Below are positions 33,067-43,569 of a DNA stretch of 64,000 nucleotides, piece after piece; position 1 is the stretch's first letter, and each line of letters opens with the position of its first letter. The DNA is from Cellvibrionales bacterium. GTDB taxonomy: Bacteria; Pseudomonadota; Gammaproteobacteria; Pseudomonadales; UBA7434. The notes beneath the pieces were generated by a model, which saw only the letters and a program-made list of their open reading frames with translations, made no database searches and was not told where the DNA came from. Position numbers and translations under genes: made by a program. Where the stretch lies: the NCBI GenBank assembly GCA_041941365.1, contig JBGTQK010000003.1:7772-71771 (forward strand). The letters are read 5' to 3'.

Positions 33067-35223
33067 ATGAGGCATGCAATTCAACAAAATATAATAACGA
33101 TAGACACCCTAACAGATAAGTTAGGTGAATATCTCGACGCCAGTCAAATCAATCTGGTTCGAGATGCTTATTTTTATGCCGCTGAAGCGCATGCAGGTCA
33201 AAAGCGTCGGTCGGGCGAGCCGTATGTTACTCACCCCCTGGAAGTGGCAAATATTTTAGCCGATATGCATATGGATCATCAAAGTCTGGCTGCTGCAATG
33301 TTGCATGATGTGCTTGAAGATACGGGGGCAGAAAAAAAAGCACTGGAAAATTTATTCGGTGATAATGTAGCCGAGCTAGTTGATGGAGTTTCCAAGTTAA
33401 CTCAATTTGAGTTCAGAACAGCGGCTGAAAAACAGGCTGAAAATTTTCAAAAAATGGCATTGGCAATGGCAAGAGATCTGAGGGTCATTCTTGTCAAGCT
33501 TGCTGATCGATTACACAATATGCGCACCCTGGACGTGTTAGGTATTGAGAAGCGACGCCGGATTGCAAAGGAAACACTTGAGATTTATGCGCCTATAGCT
33601 AATCGTTTGGGAATGAATGATATTAGGGTGGAGTTTGAAGATCTCGGTTTTGCTACGTTATATCCAATGCGAGCAAAACGTATTGGTGCAGCGATACAAA
33701 AAGCGCGAGGAAGTCATAGGAAATTAGTGACTGATGTACAGAACCAGATTTCGGAAAGGCTTGAAAAAGACGGTATTCAAGCAGATGTTTTTGGTAGAGA
33801 AAAACACCTTTATAGCATCTACAATAAAATGAAATCCAAGCATGTTTCCTTCTCTGACATCATGGATGTGTTTGCATTTAGAATTCTGGTGAATAGCGTT
33901 GACGATTGTTATAGGACTTTAGGCTCAGTCCATAATTTGTATAAACCTAGACACGGGCATTTTAAAGATTATATTGCAATACCAAAGAAAAACGGTTATC
34001 AGTCTCTACATACAGTATTATTCGGCATGCATGGCATCCCCATTGAAATCCAGATACGTACCAACGACATGGAAAAAATGGCTAACAATGGAATTGCTGC
34101 ACACTGGTTATATAAAGCTAACGAAAAGCATCCGCCGACGGGTAGCCACACCAGAGCAAGACAATGGGTTCAGGGCTTATTGGAATTGCAGGAAAATGCT
34201 GGAAATCCATTAGAGTTTATTGAAAGTGTAAAAGTAGATCTCTTTCCTGAAGAAGTCTATGTCTTCACGCCTAAAGGCGATATTCTTGAGCTGCCACTGG
34301 GTTCAACGCCATTGGATTTTGCCTATGCTGTACATACTGACATAGGTAATTCCTGTACGGGTTGTAGAATAAATCGTCGTATGGCTCCCTTATCACAAAA
34401 ACTTTCCAGCGGAGAAACCGTTGAAATTATTACTTCAGTTGGTGCAAAACCTAATCCAGCCTGGTTAGATATCGTTGCAACAAGCCGGGCCAGAAGCCAG
34501 ATTCGACATTACCTAAAACATATGCGTCGAGGGGAAGCCATAGAGCTTGGCAGGCGATTGTTGAATAAAGCGTTGGTGAATTATGATTCTGGTCTTGACC
34601 AGCTTGATTCAGAAAGCATAAAGAGATTTTTAAAGGAAGCTGATTATCAAACTTTTGATGAAGTGTTAGAGGAAGTGGGGCTTGGTGATCGAATTCCTTA
34701 CCTGACGGCCAGAAATTTATTGGGCATTATCCTTGAAGAGCAAAAAGAAGGTATTGAAATAGGAAACAGTGATAAACCGTTAGTTATTGCTGGGACGGAA
34801 GGCATGATGATAAATTATGCCAAGTGCTGTTATCCAATACCTGGAGATGATATTGCTGGACATATTACATCTGGCCGAGGTGTGGTTGTTCATCGTTCTG
34901 ACTGTAAAAACTATATCGAAATGCATGAGCAGGACAATGAAGGGCGTGCTGTTGCATTGCGTTGGCATAGTAAGGCAACAGGTGAATACCATGTAGAGTT
35001 GAGAGTTGAGGTTGAACAACAGAGAGGGATTATTGCTTTACTTGCCAATAAAGTGAATAGCCTGGAAGCCAGTTTAGAGTCTATCCGGGTAGAGGAGCGA
35101 GATGTACAGACAAGTATTATACATATCTATCTGATGGTAAAAGATCGTAAACATCTGGCAAGAATTATTCGCCGAATTAGAAATATCAAATCCGTTGAAA
35201 AAGTTACAAGAGTTAAGTGCTAG
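33067..35223 (+). CDS. spoT: Bifunctional (p)ppGpp synthetase/hydrolase SpoT
   Basis: HD hydrolase (HPLEVA, LHDVLEDT), RelA/SpoT synthetase, TGS and ACT regions are present. It follows rpoZ. The ATG at 33067 is preferred over the TTG at 33043. Confidence 0.9.
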   Translation: MRHAIQQNIITIDTLTDKLGEYLDASQINLVRDAYFYAAEAHAGQKRRSGEPYVTHPLEVANILADMHMDHQSLAAAMLHDVLEDTGAEKKALENLFGDNVAELVDGVSKLTQFEFRTAAEKQAENFQKMALAMARDLRVILVKLADRLHNMRTLDVLGIEKRRRIAKETLEIYAPIANRLGMNDIRVEFEDLGFATLYPMRAKRIGAAIQKARGSHRKLVTDVQNQISERLEKDGIQADVFGREKHLYSIYNKMKSKHVSFSDIMDVFAFRILVNSVDDCYRTLGSVHNLYKPRHGHFKDYIAIPKKNGYQSLHTVLFGMHGIPIEIQIRTNDMEKMANNGIAAHWLYKANEKHPPTGSHTRARQWVQGLLELQENAGNPLEFIESVKVDLFPEEVYVFTPKGDILELPLGSTPLDFAYAVHTDIGNSCTGCRINRRMAPLSQKLSSGETVEIITSVGAKPNPAWLDIVATSRARSQIRHYLKHMRRGEAIELGRRLLNKALVNYDSGLDQLDSESIKRFLKEADYQTFDEVLEEVGLGDRIPYLTARNLLGIILEEQKEGIEIGNSDKPLVIAGTEGMMINYAKCCYPIPGDDIAGHITSGRGVVVHRSDCKNYIEMHEQDNEGRAVALRWHSKATGEYHVELRVEVEQQRGIIALLANKVNSLEASLESIRVEERDVQTSIIHIYLMVKDRKHLARIIRRIRNIKSVEKVTRVKC

Positions 35224-35237
35224 TAGGCAAAAGTCTT

Positions 35238-35624
35238 ATGAAGAATATTGAAACATTTCATACAAAAGAAGCGCCAACAGCAATTGGGCCTTATTCCCAG
35301 GCCGTTCGTGCGGGTGATTTTTTGTATATATCTGGCCAGATTCCTTTAATTCCAGAAACTATGACTTTAATTGATGGCGATATTAAGGTGCAGGCACAGC
35401 AAATTTTTGAGAATATTAAACAGATTGCATTAGCCGCAAATTGTAATTTTAATCAATGTGTAAAGATAGGTATCTTTTTGACGGATATGAATGACTTTGC
35501 TCAGGTAAATGAGGTGATGGTCAGCTATTTCGATGAGCCTTTTCCCGCTCGAGCATGTGTTGAGGTAAGTGGCTTGCCAAAAGACGCAAAAATAGAAATA
35601 GAAAGCATATTCTTTGTAGGGTAG
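35238..35624 (+). CDS. ridA: RidA-family reactive-intermediate deaminase
   Basis: APTAIGPYSQAV....LYISGQIP and RACVEVS.LPK...IEIE are present. It follows spoT, as in Pseudomonas. Confidence 0.88.
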   Translation: MKNIETFHTKEAPTAIGPYSQAVRAGDFLYISGQIPLIPETMTLIDGDIKVQAQQIFENIKQIALAANCNFNQCVKIGIFLTDMNDFAQVNEVMVSYFDEPFPARACVEVSGLPKDAKIEIESIFFVG

Positions 35625-35644
35625 ATTTATTTATAACGTTAGGT

Positions 35645-36070
35645 TTGTTCGTGATTGCTGAAATAAAAATCAATACTCAGGGGCAGGGTCTTTACGAATT
35701 TACAGATAAAGTCAAAGGGATGATGGCAAATAAACAAGGAGATGGACTACTTAATCTCTATGTTAAGCATACATCATGCTCACTGGTTATTCAGGAAAAT
35801 GCAGATCCTGACGTTGTAGTCGACTTAAAAAATTTCTTTTCACGCCTTGTTCCACCCGCGAGTCACTCTTCCATGAGTTACATTACTCATATAGCAGAAG
35901 GTGATGATGATATGCCTGCACATATAAAGTCAGCACTATTGCCAACAAGTATAAGTATTCCTGTTGTTAAAGGAAAAATACAATTAGGAATCTGGCAGGG
36001 TATATATTTATTTGAGCACCGTGATCATAGGCAGTGCCGTACAGTGGTTATTAGTGTTATAAATGGTTAA
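35645..36070 (+). CDS. YjbQ-family (UPF0047) protein
   Basis: Motifs HTSCSLVIQENADPDV, DDMPAHIKSALL and GIWQGIYLFEHRD are present. The start codon is uncertain: TTG at 35645 or GTG at 35651. Confidence 0.8.
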   Translation: MFVIAEIKINTQGQGLYEFTDKVKGMMANKQGDGLLNLYVKHTSCSLVIQENADPDVVVDLKNFFSRLVPPASHSSMSYITHIAEGDDDMPAHIKSALLPTSISIPVVKGKIQLGIWQGIYLFEHRDHRQCRTVVISVING

Positions 36071-36083
36071 TCTAATGGTTTTT

Positions 36084-36962
36084 TTAGCTGGATTTTGAAG
36101 AGATTCTGTTTTTTCTAAATTGCCATGTGCGAATGATATCTATCCTATCGTATTTACTAGCAAGCTCATTAGGAAATGGCTCAAAAGGAGAGGCCAATCG
36201 TATGCTGTCAATGGCGGCTTTATCTAAAACGTTAGATCCTGATGAAGAAAGTATTGTTATCTCTTCTACAATACCGTTGGAGGATAGTTTAACAAGTAGT
36301 CTAACATCACCGTAAAGATTCTTCTCTCTTGCCTGTTGTGGGTAATGAAGGTTGCCAATCGTTTCAACCCGATTTCTCCATTGATGAACATAAGCGGCAT
36401 TATCGGCAGCCATTGTTGAGGCTGAAGTTAATGTCAGAACGCGAGGCTTTCGTGCATTGTTATTTTGTTTTTCAGCAAGCCTGGCTTCAAGATTGGCAAT
36501 TTGTATACTTAGTTCCGAGAGTGTTTTTTTCTCTTTATTAGGGACCTCTTTTTGTTGCTCAATATCATTTATATCGTCAGAAAAAAAAGTATATTGGCTG
36601 CTCCCAATTGTAGTAATTACTCTAACGTTAATAGAGTGTTGTGATGGTGCCTGGTCATCCGGTAAGAAAATAGGTGTTACTTTTTGAATGTGGTTGGTAG
36701 AAAAAAGAGCCTCGTTTTCGACAGTTAACTCGGTTGGTTTTTCAGTGTCACCGCTGCCTTTCTGGTTACTAAGGGCTAAAAAATCAGCTTCATCATTTTT
36801 TTCATCACTAAAAGATAGAGAAAGAGTAACTTCTTTTTGCTGATTATTGGAAGCCTTTACAGCCATGTTAAAGGTAATACCAAAAATAATAATGCCATGA
36901 ATTATGAGGGCAATGGCCAGCGAATAGCGAAAACGATAACTTTGATCAAGGTAGTAACTCAT
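36084..36962 (-). CDS. TonB-family energy transducer (TonB3-like, downstream of gshB)
   Basis: An N-terminal anchor containing His (LIIHGIIIFG) and a long linker precede a C-terminal TonB_C domain (YPQQAREKNLYGDVRLLVKLSSNG...ILSSSGSNVLDKAAIDSI). Its position next to gshB mirrors P. aeruginosa tonB3. Confidence 0.7.
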   Translation of the reverse strand: MSYYLDQSYRFRYSLAIALIIHGIIIFGITFNMAVKASNNQQKEVTLSLSFSDEKNDEADFLALSNQKGSGDTEKPTELTVENEALFSTNHIQKVTPIFLPDDQAPSQHSINVRVITTIGSSQYTFFSDDINDIEQQKEVPNKEKKTLSELSIQIANLEARLAEKQNNNARKPRVLTLTSASTMAADNAAYVHQWRNRVETIGNLHYPQQAREKNLYGDVRLLVKLSSNGIVEEITILSSSGSNVLDKAAIDSIRLASPFEPFPNELASKYDRIDIIRTWQFRKNRISSKSS

Positions 36963-36971
36963 TATGTCAGA

Positions 36972-37919
36972 TTAATTTAACATGTTTTCAATTTCATTCA
37001 TTAAATCGCCACCAATATCAGTGCCTGATTGAGAGTTTATTTCGCGAATACAGGTAGGGCTTGTTACATTGATTTCTGTTAGATAGTCGCCTATTACGTC
37101 AATACCTACAAAAATAAGCCCTTTATCGATTAGGATTGGCGCGATTTGTTCGCAAATCCAAAGATCTCTTTCAGTTAATGTTCTTGCCTCGCCGGATCCT
37201 CCTGCCGCCAGGTTGCCCCTATTCTCCCCAACACTGGGTATTCTTGCCAGTGCATAAGGTACCGGTTTACCATTAATTAACAGTATACGTTTATCGCCTT
37301 CTTTAATAGCGGGCAAATATTGTTGGGCCATAATACTGTGTTGGCCATTATTGGTAAGCGTTTCTACGATTACATTAAAGTTATCGTCTTGGGGTTTAAC
37401 CCGGAAAATCGACTTTCCGCCCATTCCGTTAAGTGGCTTTAAAATGATGTCGTTATACTCTTGATAAAAGTTTTTTAATTGTTTGTTTTGAGCACTAATT
37501 AATACGGGAGGGCAGCAGGCCTCAAACTCTGTTGCAAATACTTTTTCATTGCAGTCACGAAGGCTTTGTGGCCGATTGATAATTAAAGAGCCTTGCCTTT
37601 CTGCGCTTTCCAGTAAGAATGTTGTATATAGAAACATCTCATCAAAAGGGGGATCTTTGCGCATCAAAATAACGTCAAAGTGATGGAGTTCGACGTCCTG
37701 ACGCTCGCCTAATGAGAACCAGTTATTCAAATCATCAAAGACGGTTAATTCACGTGTCACACAACGAGCGGTACTGCCTGTTTTATATAGGTCTTTTTGC
37801 TCGATGTAATAAAGCTGCCAATTTCGGGCAGATGCTGCCAATAGCATAGCTAAAGTGCTATCTTTTTTTGGGTTAATCGATTGGATAGGATCCATGACAA
37901 CAGCAAGCTTGACTGTCAT
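36972..37919 (-). CDS. gshB: Glutathione synthetase
   Basis: 315 aa with an ATP-grasp fold. Collinear with bacterial GshB (MDPI..IN..KDS, KPL.GMGG, GENRGNLAAGG, EINVTSPT). Confidence 0.92.
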   Translation of the reverse strand: MTVKLAVVMDPIQSINPKKDSTLAMLLAASARNWQLYYIEQKDLYKTGSTARCVTRELTVFDDLNNWFSLGERQDVELHHFDVILMRKDPPFDEMFLYTTFLLESAERQGSLIINRPQSLRDCNEKVFATEFEACCPPVLISAQNKQLKNFYQEYNDIILKPLNGMGGKSIFRVKPQDDNFNVIVETLTNNGQHSIMAQQYLPAIKEGDKRILLINGKPVPYALARIPSVGENRGNLAAGGSGEARTLTERDLWICEQIAPILIDKGLIFVGIDVIGDYLTEINVTSPTCIREINSQSGTDIGGDLMNEIENMLN

Positions 37920-38030
37920 AGTTAAGGGCCTCAGAATTAAATAAAGCTGATTGTACTTAAAATTGAATAGAGTTGGAATCGATTTGTAAAGATAATTATA
38001 TTAGGCGAATAAAATTATTAAAAGATAAAT

Positions 38031-39350
38031 TTAATTTAAAGAAAACTTGATAGGTAATTCTAACGTTATTTCTTTGCCTAATTCTTTTGGTGGTCTGGGA
38101 TAAGGCGCTGCTTTTTTTATTGCTTTTTTTGTCGCTTCATTGAGGGAAAGGTATTCACTGTCTTTTATAAAATCCATATTAGTGATTCTTCCTCTTTGAT
38201 TGATTGTTACTTTCACAATCAAATTATCCTCTTGCTTTCTATCTATTGCGCTTGTCGGGTAGATAAGATTTTGATAAGTATGAACCAGAACATTAGACCG
38301 ATATATATTAAGCAGTTTATCCTTTTCGCTGGGTATTTTTTTGGTTGTTTCAGTTGTGCTTATCTGAGGGGTAATACTCGCAGATTTTTCTTCTGATTTT
38401 AAATTGGGGGAGCCTTTAATAGCTATGGCCTCAGTTACTGAGCTTTCAGGTGGCTGAGATGGCTCACTAACGGGCAATAGTTTGGTGGCTGTTTTTTCTT
38501 GTAACAGTGATGAGTCATCTTGCGTACTAACGATGGAGTCACTGTTTTCTGTAATCTTAGATTTAGAGATGTTTTTTTCTGGTGTGGATTTCTTAATGGT
38601 TGCAACAACAGGATTGGTTGGTTTGTTTTTTTCAGCAACTTTAACAGGTGTTTTCGTTGTAATAGCAGGCTTGCTTTCATTCTTTATGGTTGTTGTTAAA
38701 GTTTGTTTTTTGGGTGTTTTCTTTATTTTAGGCTTTAACCAGGAAGCGATTAATTTATTGCGGCCTGGTGCAGGTTTTAAAGTGGAAACAACTTTTAGTT
38801 TTAACGGATCCGTATCATTGTTGCCTAGAAGTTTGGCTTTAAACTCTGTTGAAGGAGGCCTTGCTCCTAACCATGTATTTAAAAAGAGTTTAAAAGCTTC
38901 TGGTCGTTTAGTTGACATAAGCGTCGTTTCATTAAGCGTGACAGTTAATCCCGCCTCTGGATTTTTGGTTATGAGAATTTTATCGCCTCGAAGAAGATTG
39001 CCTTTGAGCATATTTCTAAAATTAGAAATCTCCTTCACAAAGTCATTACGGCTTTCTATAGAATTATTAATGAGTAGAGCGTTATTCCAATAGTCATTAA
39101 AACGACGAATTGACCATTCGTCTGCAAGCACAGTAATGCTCATCTTTTGCGACTTATTGGAATTTAAAATTTGTTCAGCATTGTTAGATTGTAAGCCGAT
39201 AAATAACTCAGCAAAGTACAGCTCAGTTTGATAATCATTTTTAACAGCGGCACCATTTAAAATAAGACCAGAGGTATCTTCGGAAAATGAATTCGGTGAT
39301 GCCAGAAAAATTAGCGCATTCAAAATGCAGCGTTTTATCAAAGAATGCAT
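38031..39350 (-). CDS. Secreted chalcone-isomerase-like domain / low-complexity linker / TonB_C-like domain protein
   Basis: A signal peptide precedes an N-terminal 170 aa resembling Chalcone_3-type proteins (LNGAAVKNDYQTELYFAELF). A K/T/P/S-rich linker follows, then a C-terminal TonB_C-like module (LIVKVTINQRGRITNMDF...). Confidence 0.55.
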   Translation of the reverse strand: MHSLIKRCILNALIFLASPNSFSEDTSGLILNGAAVKNDYQTELYFAELFIGLQSNNAEQILNSNKSQKMSITVLADEWSIRRFNDYWNNALLINNSIESRNDFVKEISNFRNMLKGNLLRGDKILITKNPEAGLTVTLNETTLMSTKRPEAFKLFLNTWLGARPPSTEFKAKLLGNNDTDPLKLKVVSTLKPAPGRNKLIASWLKPKIKKTPKKQTLTTTIKNESKPAITTKTPVKVAEKNKPTNPVVATIKKSTPEKNISKSKITENSDSIVSTQDDSSLLQEKTATKLLPVSEPSQPPESSVTEAIAIKGSPNLKSEEKSASITPQISTTETTKKIPSEKDKLLNIYRSNVLVHTYQNLIYPTSAIDRKQEDNLIVKVTINQRGRITNMDFIKDSEYLSLNEATKKAIKKAAPYPRPPKELGKEITLELPIKFSLN

Positions 39351-39787
39351 GATTGACTAAAGATTCCTTTATCTTTCTTATGTGATTGGCATTTCGTCAA
39401 AGTTAAATAGTAAACAATTTCTTTTTCAAAATACCTTCTTTCAACAAGCCGTATCTGCCATGTTGTTATATTTAAGTTAATGTACAAACACTAAACAACA
39501 GGTACTCTGAGAATATCTATAATATATCTATTAAAGGTTAGACATAAGTAAACATTCTTGAAAACAGGTTTTTGAACCAGTTATCAAACTTTGTAAATGA
39601 TAATTGTGTCAGATTTTGATCATAAGATCTGCCCGAAGTTTGCAGACGAAGTAAAACTTTCTTTTATTTTTCCGTATTTGAACTATCACTATAATTAAGA
39701 GAATGTTTCTGGTTTGGGGAGTCTGTTTTTAAGCCAGATAAATGTATTAAATACCCTATTGAAGGTTAATATCGAGGTTTTACCAAT

Positions 39788-40393
39788 ATGGAGTTGCAAA
39801 CAAACAAGCCAAAAATAATGGTTGTTGATGACAGCAAAACCATTCGCCGCACAGCAGAGACTTTGTTGCAACGCGAAGGCTATGAAGTGATAACAGCAGA
39901 AGATGGTTTTGAAGCACTATCCAAAATTGCGAATCAAAAGCCTGATATCATTTTTGTCGATATCATGATGCCTCGTCTGGATGGTTATCAAACCTGCGCT
40001 TTAATAAAAAATAATGCTGACTTTAAGGCTACTCCAGTCATTATGCTCTCAAGTAAAGATGGATTATTTGATAAAGCCAAGGGGCGTATTGTAGGTTCAG
40101 ATCAGTATGTGACGAAACCTTTTAGTAAAGATGAAATATTGGAAGCAATTCAAACACATAGCGCGGAAAAAGAGTCTACCGAAAGCGAGTTGCCAGAGAA
40201 CCCGGAAAGCAAGGCTGATCTGTTAGACCCATCATTAGACCAGGACATGGATCAAGATGTGCAGCCTGATCATCAGGAGAGTACTCATAAAGAAAATCTT
40301 GATGTGCTATTGGAGCCAACACCAGATACAACATTTGCCGATCTTGATTTAGACCTGGACGATGATATTAATTTAAATGATGCTTCTGCATAA
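39788..40393 (+). CDS. pilG: Twitching-motility response regulator PilG with an acidic C-terminal extension
   Basis: Residues 8-128 are near-identical in pattern to P. aeruginosa PilG (VVDDSKTIRRTAETLL, FVDIMMPRLDGYQTCALIKNN, SSKDGLFDKAKGRIVGSDQY.TKPF). An extra 70-aa D/E-rich tail is present. Confidence 0.88.
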   Translation: MELQTNKPKIMVVDDSKTIRRTAETLLQREGYEVITAEDGFEALSKIANQKPDIIFVDIMMPRLDGYQTCALIKNNADFKATPVIMLSSKDGLFDKAKGRIVGSDQYVTKPFSKDEILEAIQTHSAEKESTESELPENPESKADLLDPSLDQDMDQDVQPDHQESTHKENLDVLLEPTPDTTFADLDLDLDDDINLNDASA

Positions 40394-40433
40394 ATCTTTT
40401 TTTTGATGTTGGATTTTTTGTAATGGAGAAGAA

Positions 40434-40805
40434 ATGATGAAAAGGGTTTTAGTTGTTGATGATTCAGCTTCGGAAACACTTGACCTCTCATTAATGCTTA
40501 ACAGGAATGGTTACGAGGTGATGTTGGCTGAATCCGGAGAGGAAGGATTAAAGCTGGCAAAAGAGGAAATGCCTGATCTAGTACTAATGGATATTGTTAT
40601 GTCAGGTATAAATGGCTTTCAAGCTACAAGGAAGTTAACCAAAGACCCGGAAACCAATGACATACCGGTAATTATGGTGACTATTAAAAACCAGGAATCA
40701 GATCGAGAGTGGTCAAAAATGCAAGGTGCTTCAGGTTTTCTGGTGAAGCCTGTGCCAGAAGCTGAGTTAATAAATATGATAGAAACTGTTTTGGATAATG
40801 CTTAA
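40434..40805 (+). CDS. pilH: Twitching-motility response regulator PilH
   Basis: Single REC domain similar to PilH (LMDIVM.G.NGFQATR.LTKD.ET..IPVI). Confidence 0.85.
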   Translation: MMKRVLVVDDSASETLDLSLMLNRNGYEVMLAESGEEGLKLAKEEMPDLVLMDIVMSGINGFQATRKLTKDPETNDIPVIMVTIKNQESDREWSKMQGASGFLVKPVPEAELINMIETVLDNA

Positions 40806-40844
40806 AGCTCTATTTGAAAACGAATAAAGTAAGGTGTATTAATA

Positions 40845-41438
40845 ATGAAAAGTGAAGCTCATCCTGCGGATCTGCTGAGGCAGTTGGCAGAAAAATGCAT
40901 TGAAGCTTCGAAGGAACGAGAAATAAAGCATGACCTGAAAAATAACTGGAGCGGTATTGGTTTTTCTATATGTGGTCAATCCATGGTTGCTTCCATAAGC
41001 GAAATTTCAGAAATCATTAAAGTACCTAACTATACATTTATACCTGGAGTAAAAAGCTGGGTCTCAGGTATAGCAAATATACGCGGTAGCTTGTTACCTA
41101 TAATCAATATTGAAGAATTCTTTGGTACTAAAAATCTGGTGAATAAAAAAAATCAAAGAGTATTAATTATTGATTTAAATAATATTTATGTAGGCCTTAT
41201 CGTAAATAAAGTTTACGGTTTGCAAAACTTACCACTTGATCGCTTTTCTACAGTTGACCAGTCATTAAGAGAAGAAAGCTTTTCGAGGTTTTTAGATTCA
41301 TCTATTGATGATGGCAATCAAACCTGGTTGAAGTTCTCTATGAACAAATTAACTCAGGATAAAGCCTTTTTGGAAGTTCCTTTACCAGAGTATAGAAACT
41401 CAATTGAAACAGCAATTACTCAATCTGTTGCAATGTAA
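40845..41438 (+). CDS. pilI: CheW-like coupling protein PilI
   Basis: 197-aa CheW domain (PG...WV.GIANIRGSLLPI) located between pilH and pilJ. Confidence 0.8.
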   Translation: MKSEAHPADLLRQLAEKCIEASKEREIKHDLKNNWSGIGFSICGQSMVASISEISEIIKVPNYTFIPGVKSWVSGIANIRGSLLPIINIEEFFGTKNLVNKKNQRVLIIDLNNIYVGLIVNKVYGLQNLPLDRFSTVDQSLREESFSRFLDSSIDDGNQTWLKFSMNKLTQDKAFLEVPLPEYRNSIETAITQSVAM

Positions 41439-41471
41439 TTAAAAATTAACCCATTATTCAGGAGTATTCAA

Positions 41472-43532
41472 ATGTTTAACAATAAATCAGGTATTGGTAA
41501 CACAATCTCCAATACAGCAATCACTCTATCGATTGCGCTACTGGTTTTAGCAAGTATTGCATTCATTGCGAGTATGTATCAGTTTTTTAAAGACTCGAAT
41601 CAGGATGCAACATATCTGGAATACACAGGTGACTTGCGCGTTTTTTCACACCAGATTTCGACTAGTGCTAGAGAAGCTACTGGTGGTGACGCATCAGCAT
41701 TTGCCACTCTCAGAAAAGCAACAGAGCGCTATAACGAAACGATTGGGGTGCTTAAAGGTGGTAATGCTAGCCTTTCTGGGCTTGATGGGTTGATTGATAA
41801 AGAATTACAACCGCTCAATAATCTTTGGTTAGAGATAAATAAAAACTCGGATACGATTGTTAATAACCGTGAAAGAATATTATTTCTACATGATGTAGCA
41901 AAAACGCTGAATGAGTCTATTCCGGAATTGCAACGAGAATATGAAAACGTTGTCGAAGTATTGCTGGATAAAAATGCTAAAGCAGATCAGATTGCTATTG
42001 CGCAAAAACAAATGTTACTTGCTGAGCGAATAGCGCGTAACGTTGACAGAATGCTTGAGGGTAGTACGGCAGCACAACAGTATGCAGCAGATCAATTTAA
42101 TCTTGATGCCAGTATATTTGGTGGTGTGCTCAACGGTATGTTAAAGGGTGATGTAGCTCAGGGTATTTCAAAGGTTAACAACTCTCAGGCAAAAGCTTCA
42201 TTAAACCGCATTGAACGCCTGTTTGGTTTTGTTTCTAATTCAGTTGATGAAATATTTGCTGCTTCCCCGGACTTATTGAGTGCTCGAAAAGCATCTGATG
42301 CTATTTTAACAAACTCACCCAAGCTGCTGAATCAAACAAATATTGTATCCGAGAAAATTCGTTCATTAAGTAGCGAACGTTTTTTTGGTGCTGATTCGGC
42401 TATGGTATCAGGGGCGCTAATTATTGTTTTGCTTGGAGTAATAGGGATTCAGTTGTATCGACAAACAGTATCACGTTTATCTGAGCAAAGTGAAGCAAAC
42501 GAACGTAACCAGCAAGCTATACAGAGACTGCTTTCAGAAATAGCAAACCTTGCAGATGGTGATCTTACTACTGAAGCAACGGTGACAGAAGATTTTACAG
42601 GAGCTATTGCTGATTCGATTAACTTTACAGTAGAACAGTTACGTGAAATTGTTTCATCTATCAATGCGACAACAGTAAAAGTTAATTCAGCTGCAAAAAA
42701 TACACAAAACAAAGCTATGGCGTTAGCAGATGCATCTGAACAACAAGCCAGTGAAATAACAGATGCCAGTGGTGCGATTGTGGATATGGCAGAGACCATG
42801 GATAAAATGTCAGTGGATGCATCCAAATCTGCAATTGTTGCGAAGAGTTCAGTAGAAATCGCAAAGTCAGGTTCGAGAGTTGTGCAAAATACGATGGATG
42901 GTATGGATACAATTCGTGAGCAGATTCAGGATACGGCCAAGCGTATCAAACGTTTGGGAGAGTCTTCTCAGGAGATCGGCGATATTATTTCATTAATTAA
43001 TGATATTGCAGAGCAAACAAATATTCTTGCACTAAACGCATCTATTCAGGCTTCGATGGCTGGTGAAGCAGGTCGAGGATTCGCGGTAGTAGCAGATGAG
43101 GTTCAGCGTCTTGCAGAGCGCTCTTCAGGTGCTACCAAACAAATAGAGGCTCTCGTTAGAAATATTCAGTCAGATACTAACGAAGCTGTTATATCGATGG
43201 AGCAAACTACAGCAGAGGTGGTTAACGGAGCTGCACTGGCACATGATGCTGGAGTTGCCCTGGAAGAAGTTGAAAAAGTATCGTCTAATCTTTCGGAGCT
43301 GATAGAAAATATTTCGATGGCAGCAAAAAGTCAGGCAGAACAAGCTGGTAATGTATCAGTAATAATGAATAGTGTTAAAGATATTACGTCACAAACAGCA
43401 TCTGGTACAACAGATGCTGCAAGCACAATTGGTACATTGTCTGATATGACTAAAGTCTTAAGAGATTCAGTGGCAGGATTTAAGCTACCAAGTAGTGAAA
43501 TGGAGGAAGACCAAATAAAAAAGTCGGCTTGA
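41472..43532 (+). CDS. pilJ: Methyl-accepting chemotaxis protein PilJ
   Basis: 686 aa. It has two TM segments, a PilJ-type periplasmic domain, a HAMP domain and an MCP signalling hairpin ([31 protein letters not shown]). Confidence 0.88.
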   Translation: MFNNKSGIGNTISNTAITLSIALLVLASIAFIASMYQFFKDSNQDATYLEYTGDLRVFSHQISTSAREATGGDASAFATLRKATERYNETIGVLKGGNASLSGLDGLIDKELQPLNNLWLEINKNSDTIVNNRERILFLHDVAKTLNESIPELQREYENVVEVLLDKNAKADQIAIAQKQMLLAERIARNVDRMLEGSTAAQQYAADQFNLDASIFGGVLNGMLKGDVAQGISKVNNSQAKASLNRIERLFGFVSNSVDEIFAASPDLLSARKASDAILTNSPKLLNQTNIVSEKIRSLSSERFFGADSAMVSGALIIVLLGVIGIQLYRQTVSRLSEQSEANERNQQAIQRLLSEIANLADGDLTTEATVTEDFTGAIADSINFTVEQLREIVSSINATTVKVNSAAKNTQNKAMALADASEQQASEITDASGAIVDMAETMDKMSVDASKSAIVAKSSVEIAKSGSRVVQNTMDGMDTIREQIQDTAKRIKRLGESSQEIGDIISLINDIAEQTNILALNASIQASMAGEAGRGFAVVADEVQRLAERSSGATKQIEALVRNIQSDTNEAVISMEQTTAEVVNGAALAHDAGVALEEVEKVSSNLSELIENISMAAKSQAEQAGNVSVIMNSVKDITSQTASGTTDAASTIGTLSDMTKVLRDSVAGFKLPSSEMEEDQIKKSA

Positions 43533-43569
43533 AAAAACAATAATTAAAGTAATCCATTTTCTATAAGGT

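Noticed and set aside
38482-39093. 203-aa plus-strand ORF lying entirely antisense to the 439-aa CHI-like/TonB_C gene.
   Set aside because: It lies opposite the K/T/P-rich low-complexity linker. Its own translation is low-complexity and hydrophobic (runs of F, L, V). It has no Shine-Dalgarno that I could see. It is a typical shadow ORF.
39516-39530. The direct repeat ATATCTA-N4-ATATCTA and several TATAAT-like hexamers in the 437-nt pilG upstream region.
   Set aside because: The repeats are short and AT-rich in an AT-rich spacer. No matching -35 element sits at a proper distance. This is too weak to call a promoter or operator.
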